Of a stretch of 64,000 bases of DNA, positions 1-8,400 are shown one piece after another. Below the pieces are notes generated by a model that saw only the letters and a list, made by a program, of their open reading frames with translations, was not told where the DNA came from and ran no database searches. The stretch is from positions 25,579 to 89,578 of the forward strand of contig JANOTL010000035.1 of NCBI GenBank assembly GCA_031416315.1. The letters are read 5' to 3'. The position numbers and the translations under genes are program-made. Origin of the DNA: Pseudomonadota bacterium. Its GTDB lineage: Bacteria > Bdellovibrionota_B > Oligoflexia > Oligoflexales > CAIYRB01. How positions within the stretch are numbered: position 1 is the stretch's first letter; each line of letters opens with the position of its first letter.

Positions 1-117
1 TGGTTCCTCGCTTCGGCGATCGTCGCCGCGGCGTTCGGCGTCGCGCTCTACGTGACGCGCAAGGAGGAGCCGGCGCCGATGGCGGCGCCGGCTCGCGAGT
101 CAGGACCGGCGGCCTGA
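1..117 (+). CDS. 3' end of a membrane protein (partial, begins upstream of window)
   Basis: Frame 1 is open from base 1: WFLASAIVAAAFGVALYVTRKEEPAPMAAPARESGPAA, TGA at 115-117; hydrophobic helix then polar tail. Confidence 0.55.
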   Translation, partial: WFLASAIVAAAFGVALYVTRKEEPAPMAAPARESGPAA

Positions 118-309
118 GGCCTTCGAGTAGCCGCTGGAGGCCGAGCGCGGCTTTTTCTTGAAGGACGCGTCGCCCTTCTTTTTCTTCTTCGCGACCGAGA
201 CGTGCTCGGTCTGGTTTTTGGTCGGCGGCATCGGCTTCTTGCCGGCGCCGGCGGCCAGAGCCACGGGCGAGACGGCGACGGCGAGGGCCAGGATCATGGA
301 GCGCAACAT
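100..309 (-). CDS. Small secreted Lys-rich protein
   Basis: RBS AAGGAG before ATG; signal peptide MLRSMILALAVAVSPVALA; cationic mature part; 15 bp downstream of the DUF1036 gene. Confidence 0.6.
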   Translation of the reverse strand: MLRSMILALAVAVSPVALAAGAGKKPMPPTKNQTEHVSVAKKKKKGDASFKKKPRSASSGYSKASGRRS

Positions 310-324
310 ACGGATCTCCTTGAG

Positions 325-735
325 TTAGCGGTCGTACACATCGAAAGTGAAATCGGCCTCGTCGCCGGTGTCGATCTCCAAGAAGTCGCGCCATTCGCGG
401 TTGGCGCCGCTGCAGCTCTGGTCCGCGTTCAGGATGTTGAAGCTGCGGCCCGTGACGACGCAGAAGCGGTCGTTGCCGGCGATCTCCATGCCTTCCTCGT
501 CGTGGCCGTAAAGGTAGTAGAAGCGATTCGGCAGCGCGCCCGTGACGACTTTGGTGCAGGCGCCGTTCGCCTCGACGGTGGTCCAGCCCCGCGTGATGTA
601 GCCGGCGTCGGTGTCGGACGCGAGGGCGACGAAGGTGCGGACGCCGCTGTGGTTGCACACGCTCAGATCGGCAAGTGCGGTGCCGGCGACGCCGGCGGCG
701 AGAAGTGCGAGGGCCGTGGAAGCGATGATTTTCAT
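325..735 (-). CDS. DUF1036-family secreted protein
   Basis: Signal peptide MKIIASTALALLAAGVAGTALA; motifs VCNHS, TRGWTTVEANGAC, RFYYLYG, FCV, FLEIDTG typical of DUF1036. Confidence 0.75.
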   Translation of the reverse strand: MKIIASTALALLAAGVAGTALADLSVCNHSGVRTFVALASDTDAGYITRGWTTVEANGACTKVVTGALPNRFYYLYGHDEEGMEIAGNDRFCVVTGRSFNILNADQSCSGANREWRDFLEIDTGDEADFTFDVYDR

Positions 736-924
736 GGGTTTCTCCAGCGTTTGAGAGGGCCAAGACTCATATGCCGCTCTTTTGCAAGCGCCGTGCGCGC
801 GCAAAAACGCTAGCGCTAGCGTTCCGGCTGCAGAGACGCGGGCTTGCTGCGCTAGACCGAATTTCGACAGCTGTGTCGTCGGCCACACGTGCGCGTTGCG
901 CACGACTCAGGTAGTCTCGCTCGC

Positions 925-1833
925 ATGCGTGAAAATCAGCACCGACTCCTGCGACGTACTTTCATCCACTTCGGCGGCGTCGGCCCCGAGCGTGAGCAAA
1001 AGCTTTGGGCGAGCGGCGTTGCCGACTGGGATGCGCTCGCAACCGAGGCGAGCCAGATCTTCAAGGCGGGCAAACGCCTGGACGCCTTGCGGCGCGGGCT
1101 CGACCAGTCGCTGGAGGCGTGGGAGCGGCGCGATCTCTACTTTTTCCATCGGGCTCTGCCCCCGCGCGAGCGGTGGCGGCTGATTCCAGCGGATCTCGAC
1201 GGCATCGCCTACTTCGACATCGAGGCCTCCGGCGGCGGCATGCCGCCCTCCTGCCATTCGACGGCGATCGCCTTCTATTTCCGCGGCGAAGTGCTGCAGG
1301 AGCATGAGACCCACAAGAAGCGCGCGTTGATCGAGCGCATCCTGGATGAAGCGGCGGTCCTCGTGACCTACAACGGCGCGAGCTACGACGTGCCGTTCCT
1401 GACGGCCGAGTTCGCGACGCCGTTCCATCGCGCGCACGTCGACCTTTGTCCCTGGCTGCGCCGGCTGGGTCTGAAAGGCGGCTTGAAGGGCGTGCAAAAG
1501 GCGCTGCCGCACATTCATCAACGCGTCTCAATGGATATCGACGGCTATGATGCCGTGCGGCTGTGGCGCTTGCACGAATCCGGCGAAGGCGGCGCGCTCG
1601 AGACCCTGCTGACTTACAACGCCGAGGACGCGATCGTTCTGGAGCCGCTCCTTTGCGAGGCGTGGAACCGGGAAGTGAAAGAGCGGCCGGAGCTTGCGCT
1701 CGAGCCGCTCGTCTCGCCCCCGGTGACTTCGCTCTCGACCGCGGTGGTGCCGCGGATCTATGAGCTGCTCCGGAGCTCCGGATCCTCCCGGCCTCAGTGG
1801 CTCGGTTTCGGACCCTCGGCCCAAGAAGCGTAG
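925..1833 (+). CDS. YprB-like RNase H-like / DnaQ-type exonuclease domain protein
   Basis: YFDIE, VTYNGASYDVPFL, HVDL, LKGGLKGV, YNAEDA acidic motifs; N-terminal HhH-like TFIHFGGVGP. Confidence 0.8.
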   Translation: MRENQHRLLRRTFIHFGGVGPEREQKLWASGVADWDALATEASQIFKAGKRLDALRRGLDQSLEAWERRDLYFFHRALPPRERWRLIPADLDGIAYFDIEASGGGMPPSCHSTAIAFYFRGEVLQEHETHKKRALIERILDEAAVLVTYNGASYDVPFLTAEFATPFHRAHVDLCPWLRRLGLKGGLKGVQKALPHIHQRVSMDIDGYDAVRLWRLHESGEGGALETLLTYNAEDAIVLEPLLCEAWNREVKERPELALEPLVSPPVTSLSTAVVPRIYELLRSSGSSRPQWLGFGPSAQEA

Positions 1834-3452
1834 CGGAAGTCGGTGCCGACGCCGACGAGGTTCTTGGTCACGCCGGAGAGGCCCGGCGCCATGATGTAGG
1901 CGCCGCCGGTTTGGTAGAACGGGATCGAGGGGGCGTCGGCGAGGAAGATCGCCTCCGCCTCCGCTATGAGCTTCATGCGCTTCACGCCGTCGCTCTCGAG
2001 GTTGGCCTTCGCGATCAACTCGTCGTGCTTGGCGTTGGCCCAGCCGGTGAAGTTGTTGTCGTTGGTCGCGGTGTGGTAGTCGGCGAAGGTCATGACGTCG
2101 ATGTAGTCAGGGCACCAGCCGGTCATCGCGAGGTCGTAGTCGTGGTCCCGCTCGCGCTGAACCATGGCTTTCAAGGGCAGGTTCTCGATGCGCACCTCGG
2201 CGCCCAGGACCTTGGCCAAGGCGTTTTGCCAGTATTCGCCGTGCTTGCGCGAGCCGGAAGAGTCGGTCGTGAGAATCGAGATGACCGGCGGCTTCTTCGC
2301 GCCGGAGCTCTTCAAGTAGTCCTCGACGTGCTTCTTCGCGGCGGCGACGTCGGCGTCCTTCCACTTCACCGGGACTTCCTTGCGGAAGCGCGTCTTCGTC
2401 GTCGAGCCCGGCATGTAGTCGGGGATGAAGGTGAAGATCGGCTTGTTGCCTGGCATGGCGACGATCTTGTTTACGAACTCGTTGCGGTCGATGCCCTTCT
2501 GCACGGCTAGGCGCAGATCCTTCGACTCGAAGGGGCGGCCTTTGCCGACGTTGAGCGCCATGAGGCTGACGCAGCCAGTCTCGTACGGCTGGATCTTCAG
2601 CTTGGCGTCCTGCGCCTGACGGATGATCTCGCCGGTCTTCGTCGAGATGTAGTCGATGCCGCCGGTGATGAAGTTGTTGTAGTCGGCTTGCGCCTCCTTC
2701 ACGAGAGAAGGGGACTCGACGGCGGTGATCTTGATGGCCGCGGCGTTCCAGTAGGTGGACGTTTTCTCCAGGCGGATGGAGCTCTCCTTCTCCCATTTCG
2801 CCAGCTTAAAGGGGCCGTTGCCGACGATGCTCGCCTGGTCGACCGCGAAGCGCTCGCCGAACTTCTCCACGAGGTCTTGGCGCACGGGGTAGAAGATCTG
2901 GAAAGCCATGAGCGAGTCGAAGAACATGCCGGGACGGTCGAGCTCGACGCGGAGCGTGCGGTCGTCGACGGCTTTCACGCCGAGCTGCTCTTTCGGCATC
3001 TTCTTCGTGATGATGGCTTCGGCGTTGAGGAAGCCGGCGGTAATGGCGATGAACGAATAGACGCTGGCGTAGCTAGGGTCGACGAGCCGCTTGAAGGTGT
3101 ACTCGAAGTCCTTCGCGGTGACGGGCTTGCCGTCGTGCCACTTCGCGTCCTTGCGGATGACGAAGGTCCAAACCTTCTTGTCGGGGCTGGCGCTGAAGCT
3201 CTCCGCCGTCGCGGGGACGAGCTCGCCCTTCGCGTCGTAGCCGAGGAGGCCCTCGAACATGTGGCCCAGAAGGGAAGAGCTCGAGCCGTCGGCCTGCTTC
3301 GTCGGATCCAGGCTCACGGGCTCGGCGCCGAGGCTCCAGTAGATCTCCTGCGCGGCGCGGCGCTCGGCGCGGGACTTGGCCGAGGCGCCGGCGAGCGCGG
3401 CGGGCGCGAGCAGGACGAGCGCCAAAACGGCGCAAAACGAAGGCTTCAGCAT
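1794..3452 (-). CDS. oppA: Oligopeptide ABC transporter substrate-binding protein (family 5)
   Basis: Signal peptide; EPVSLDP, MFEGLLGYD, IRKDAKWHDGKPVTAKDFEY, GNGPFKL, GWCPDY; no permease genes adjacent. Confidence 0.9.
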   Translation of the reverse strand: MLKPSFCAVLALVLLAPAALAGASAKSRAERRAAQEIYWSLGAEPVSLDPTKQADGSSSSLLGHMFEGLLGYDAKGELVPATAESFSASPDKKVWTFVIRKDAKWHDGKPVTAKDFEYTFKRLVDPSYASVYSFIAITAGFLNAEAIITKKMPKEQLGVKAVDDRTLRVELDRPGMFFDSLMAFQIFYPVRQDLVEKFGERFAVDQASIVGNGPFKLAKWEKESSIRLEKTSTYWNAAAIKITAVESPSLVKEAQADYNNFITGGIDYISTKTGEIIRQAQDAKLKIQPYETGCVSLMALNVGKGRPFESKDLRLAVQKGIDRNEFVNKIVAMPGNKPIFTFIPDYMPGSTTKTRFRKEVPVKWKDADVAAAKKHVEDYLKSSGAKKPPVISILTTDSSGSRKHGEYWQNALAKVLGAEVRIENLPLKAMVQRERDHDYDLAMTGWCPDYIDVMTFADYHTATNDNNFTGWANAKHDELIAKANLESDGVKRMKLIAEAEAIFLADAPSIPFYQTGGAYIMAPGLSGVTKNLVGVGTDFRYASWAEGPKPSH

Positions 3453-3525
3453 GGAAGAGATCCTCTCGGATGACGAAAAGTAATCTCTTCCTCTACAGTC
3501 CTTCGCCCGCGCCGTTCAATAAGAT

Positions 3526-4545
3526 TCAGCGCGGCTCCAAGAGCATGACGCTCCAGGGATTATCGCCGCCCGAGACCGCGTCTCGGCTACAAGTGGCGCC
3601 GACGACCGGACGGCCGTATTCGTCGCGGTAGGTTCTAATGAGGCCAGGGCGCGCCGCTTCGCAGGCATCATAGCTCCGGAAGCGCTCGACGCTCGCCGTG
3701 TTGTAGAGCGCCGGCATGCCGAGCGTCACGACATACACGGTGTAGTAGTTCATCACCCAGTCGCTGGTGCAGACGCTCGCCAAAGTCGATGCGCCGCGAA
3801 CGGACCCGAACGCGGTGCTAGTGAGCGCGAGCGCCTGATTGCACTGCGCCTCCGTCTCGACGAAAGCGATGCGCTCGCCCTCGACGCGGATCTTGGTCTC
3901 GGGCGTGGCGTAATAGCCGATGCCGATCGTGGAGTCGCCGGCGGCGGGCTCGAGCTTGACGAAGCGCACGTCGGCGCCCGAGGCCTCGACGCCTTCGCGC
4001 ACCGAGGCGGCGACGTCTTCCGGCTCGACGCCTACGAGCTCGCCGAAGAGGCGCGTCGACTCGACGAGCGGCGCTTTCACGGGCGCGCCGAAAGCGTCGA
4101 TACGGTGACCGTAGGGCAGCTCGTCGGCGAACACGTCCTCATAGCAGTAAGAGACGAAGGGCTCGAGCTGAGTCGCCGTCTGAAAGTGCGCGGTCTCCGC
4201 TTCGAGCGCGGCGTCGCATTCGGCGCGCGTCGCGTAGAGGCCGCCCGCGCCGTCGAGCGTGCCGTAGCGATCGTATGTCGTGACGAGCGGCAACGCGGCC
4301 TCGGCCTCGTAGCTAAAGACGAGCTTCGCGCCCACGGCGTTCGCGCTCGCGCAAATCGCGCGGGTGACCGAGACGCCGGGCATCGCGGCGAGGCGCTCGC
4401 CCAGGGTGCGCGCAGCGGCGTGACACGCGGCGGCGTCGGCCGGGTACGCCTGCAGCTCGTACGTGAAAGGAGCCGCGAAGGCGACGGAGGCGTAGCCGCT
4501 GGCCGCAAAGGCCAAGCTGGCGCAGAACAGGCGTGGGGTCCGCAT
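3526..4545 (-). CDS. Secreted hypothetical protein with four Cys-pair internal repeats
   Basis: Signal peptide MRTPRLFCASLAFAASGYASVAFA; recurring C-helix-(~22 aa)-C units. Confidence 0.7.
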   Translation of the reverse strand: MRTPRLFCASLAFAASGYASVAFAAPFTYELQAYPADAAACHAAARTLGERLAAMPGVSVTRAICASANAVGAKLVFSYEAEAALPLVTTYDRYGTLDGAGGLYATRAECDAALEAETAHFQTATQLEPFVSYCYEDVFADELPYGHRIDAFGAPVKAPLVESTRLFGELVGVEPEDVAASVREGVEASGADVRFVKLEPAAGDSTIGIGYYATPETKIRVEGERIAFVETEAQCNQALALTSTAFGSVRGASTLASVCTSDWVMNYYTVYVVTLGMPALYNTASVERFRSYDACEAARPGLIRTYRDEYGRPVVGATCSRDAVSGGDNPWSVMLLEPR

Positions 4546-4699
4546 GGTTCCATCCTTTTTGTAGAGAAAGCTCCTCGGATTCAACCACGCCAGTTCGAGG
4601 AGGTCGAGACCGTTCAGCATGCGAATCCTGCGTTTCGGTCGCCTGCCCCTACCGTCGTCGTGAGAGCCGCTCTAGGATGCGCCTCGGAGGACAAGAACC

Positions 4700-5293
4700 A
4701 TGAACAACTCGATCTGGCGCTCGCTTTTCGCAATAGTCACAGCTGTTTGCGTCGCCGCTCCGGCGTTCGGCGCCGATCTCCCGGCCACCGGCTGCGAGAT
4801 CTTCCTGAAAAAGGTCGGTGTGGCTCCCAGCTCGCACGGTTTCGGCGCCATGCCGGTCGTGGTGAAAGTCGGCTGGATCGGCAACGGCGAGCAGATCGAG
4901 CGCGTGGGCTTTTACGGATTCAGCCGCGCGACCGACCTCGGGAACGCGTCGAGCTGCAATTGGAGCCCGCAGTACGACGATCGCGATTGGAAGATCCACG
5001 AGCCACAGGCTGGCGGCTACTACGCGACGGAATACGGCGAGTATTCGTTCTCGTTCCCCGTCCACAGTGGCTCGGTCGTCAGCATCTGCCCTGGGTTTCA
5101 GTACACGTGGGTCGGGACCTTCTTCGTGCAGACGAGCAAGAACACGTACTGGGTCAATCCTGACATGGACTCCAGCAAGTACTTTTACTTCGACGACAAC
5201 GGCTGGGACAACCTCGAGCGCTTCACTTACATGGGCGTCGTGTCGACGGCGCGGAGCGAGCTCCGCTACTACAACCCGCGCGAGTGTCGCTAG
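4700..5293 (+). CDS. Secreted hypothetical protein, aromatic-rich
   Basis: RBS GGAGG; signal peptide ending APAFG; strong GC3 codon bias. Confidence 0.75.
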   Translation: MNNSIWRSLFAIVTAVCVAAPAFGADLPATGCEIFLKKVGVAPSSHGFGAMPVVVKVGWIGNGEQIERVGFYGFSRATDLGNASSCNWSPQYDDRDWKIHEPQAGGYYATEYGEYSFSFPVHSGSVVSICPGFQYTWVGTFFVQTSKNTYWVNPDMDSSKYFYFDDNGWDNLERFTYMGVVSTARSELRYYNPRECR

Positions 5294-5400
5294 TTGGCCT
5301 TTGCCTTCGCCCTCCGCAGTCTTTCGAGACAGGCTTTAGCGCGAGGAGCAGAGCGTGAAGACGATTCATGTTCGGCGTCCGTTCGTGCGCGTCGCGTTGA

Positions 5401-8400
5401 TTAGCCGAGCAGGAAGTCGAGATCCTTCGAGGTGAGGTCGGAGAGCACGTCGCCGTCGTCGGCGATGATGCCTTCGGCCAGCTTCCGCTTCGCCGCCTGC
5501 AGCTCGAGGATCTTCTCCTCGACCGTGCCGCGCGCGATGAGGCGGTAGGCGAAGACGTGGCTCTTTTGGCCGATCCGGTGGGCACGGTCGATCGCCTGCT
5601 GCTCGCTCGCCGGGTTCCACCACGGGTCGAGGATGAAGCAGTAGTCGGCCGCGGTCAGGTTGAGGCCGACGCCGCCGGCTTTCAGGCTGATGAGGAAGAC
5701 CTTCACCGTGTCGTCGGTCTGGAAGTGCTCGACGCGCTCCTTGCGGTCGCGCGTGGAGCCGTCGAGGTACTCGTATTTGATGCCCTTCGCGTCGAGGCGG
5801 GCGCGCACGATCGCGAGCATCGAGGTGAACTGGCTGAAGACGAGCGATTTGTGGCCGGAGGCGACCGCCTCTTCGAGCATCTCGTCGAGGAGGTCCATCT
5901 TCGCGCTCGGCTCTTCGACGCGCTTCTGGTCGATGAGGCCCGGGTGGCAGGCGAGCTGGCGGAGGCGCAGAAGCGCCTCCAGGACATGCATGCGCGATTT
6001 GCCGAGGCCCTCGGTCTTGATCTTCTTCTGCAGGCTGTCGCGGAAGTGCTGGGCGAGCTGGTCGTATTCCTTGCGCTGCTCGTCTTCCAGCACGCAGAAG
6101 ATGGTGTTCTCGGTCTTTTGCGGCAAATCCGGGAGAACCTGCGTCTTGGTGCGGCGCAGGATGAACGGGCGGAGCACCTTCGCCAGCGTCTCGAGCTTGC
6201 CGGCGGAGGGCTTGCCGGCACCGCTGAAGAGCTCGGCGAAGCCGGTGGAGTTGTCGAGCATGCCGGGATTCAGGAAGCGGAAGATCGAGCCGAGCTCGGC
6301 CAGCCGGTTCTCGACCGGCGTTCCTGACATCGCGAGGCGGCGGGCGCCTTGAAGCGCGCGCGCGGCCTTCGCCGACTGCGTGGTCTCGTTCTTGATCGCC
6401 TGGGCTTCGTCCAAGACGATGTAGTCGAACGTCATGCCGGCGAAAAGCTCGACGTCACTGCGCATCGTGCCGTAGCTGGTAACGACGATGTCGTAAGGAG
6501 CGAGAGCCTTGAGCGAACGGTGGCGCGTGGCGCCGACGTGCGCCGAGACCTTCAGGTCTGGCGTGAAGCGGCGGGCTTCGTCGACCCAGTTGTGGATCAG
6601 GGAGGTGGGCGCGACGATCAGGGACGGCGGCGGCTTCTTCTTCGCGGCGCGGCGGCGTTTCTGCAGGTGGGCGAGGACCTGGACGGTTTTTCCGAGGCCC
6701 ATGTCGTCGGCCAGGCAGCCGCCGAAGTTGAACTCGTCGAGGAACTCGAGCCAGCCGAGGCCGTGGCGCTGGTACGGGCGCAGCTCGCCGATGAACTCGG
6801 GATCCGGCGTGGCTTCGCCGATGCCCGACAAGGATTTCAGTTTCTCGCGGTAGGCGGCGAACTCGGCGTCGACGGACGCCTGCGCGGCCTCGCCGACGAG
6901 GACGTCGAGGAAGGCGGCTTGGCTTTGGCGGTAGCGGAGCTCGCCGCCTTCGCCGTCCTCGCCCATCTTTAAAATGGGCTCGAGGTTCTTCAGCCAGGCC
7001 TCGGGCAGAAGGCCGACGGTGCCGTCGCCGAGCTGCACGCGATCTTCGCCGCGGCGCACGGCCTCGAGGATCTTCGGCATGCCGACCGTGGCGCCGTCGC
7101 CGAAGTCGAAGGAGGCGCGCAGGTTGAGCCAGTCCATGCCGGACTTGACGTCGACGTTGAAGCTCTTGCCGACGCGGATCTTCTGGCCTTCGGCCTCGAC
7201 GGCCCAACCGCGGTTGGAGAGCTCAGAGACGATGCGCGTGAGCGCGGCGGCGTCGATGAAGACGTCGGCGCCGGCGACGCTGCGGCCGGCGGAGGGATGC
7301 ACGCCCGTCGTCTCGAGCAGCTCCTTGATCAAGGCTTCTTCGCGCTGGCGGTCCCGGCGCAGGACGACGCGGGGGCCTTGGTCCTGGTTTGCCTGCGGCT
7401 GCTGATGCTGCGGCTGCTGGGGGCGGCGCTGCTGTTGCTGCTGGTTTTGGTTGGGATGCTGCGGGCGTTGCTTCTGATTCGGGTGCTGCGGGCGCTGGTT
7501 GTGCGGCGGACGCTGCTGCTGGTTCTGGTTTTGCGGCGGGCGCTGCTGCTGGTTCTGGTTTTGCGGCGGGCGCTGCTGTTGGTTCTGGTTCTGGTTTTGC
7601 GGCGGGCGCTGCTGCTGGTTCTGGTTCTGGTTTTGCGGCGGGCGCTGCTGGTGCTGTCCCTGGCTCGGTTGCTGGCGCTGCTGGATCTGTTGTTGCTGAT
7701 GCGCGGGTCCGGAGCGCGTGATGGTTTGCGGTCCGGGAGCGCGGGCTTGCGTCGGGGCCTCACCTTCGGAGGAAGGGTGCGGCGCCCGAGGGGACTCCGC
7801 CGGCGGAGCGAGCGCGACGACGTTTTGCGGCGCGTCGTCATCGTTCGCGGCGGCATCGGCAGGGGGTGGCGCGGCGCGAACGGTACGACCCGCGGACGGG
7901 GCGTCTGGGGCCAGGGTGCGACGCGGCGCCTCGCTTTCGACGGGCGGCGCGTCCGAGGGAACCGTCCGAACGACGCGACGCGGCGCCTCGCCTCCTGGTG
8001 GATTCGCGTCTCCGGGCACGGAGCGAACAACGCGACGCGGCGCTTCGCCATCGCCAGCGGGCGCAGAGGTTCGGGCTGTCCGGCGGGGCGCTTCGGGCTC
8101 GGCCGCCGGGGGGGCGGAAGCTTCTGCGCCGGTGTCCGTCTCTTCCCGAGGCGTTGCCGCTTTTGCGGCGGGCTTAGCGCCACGGGCGGTGCGCTTCACG
8201 ACGCCGGAGGTCCCGGTGGGCGTGGGAGCGGCGCGGGTTTTGACGGTCTTCGCCGGAGCCTTTTTGGCCGGCTTCTTCACGACGGGAGCCTCGTCCTCGT
8301 CGCGTTCGTCTTCTTCGCCGTCCTCTTCTTGCTCTTCTTCGGCCTCTTCGTCGTCGTCGTCGTCGTCATCTTCGTCCTGATCGTCGCCCTCGGCGGAAGC

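Noticed and set aside
7499..7699. Cys/Trp repeat peptide MCGGRCCWFWF...
   Set aside because: Antisense reading of the SNF2 Gln/Asn repeat
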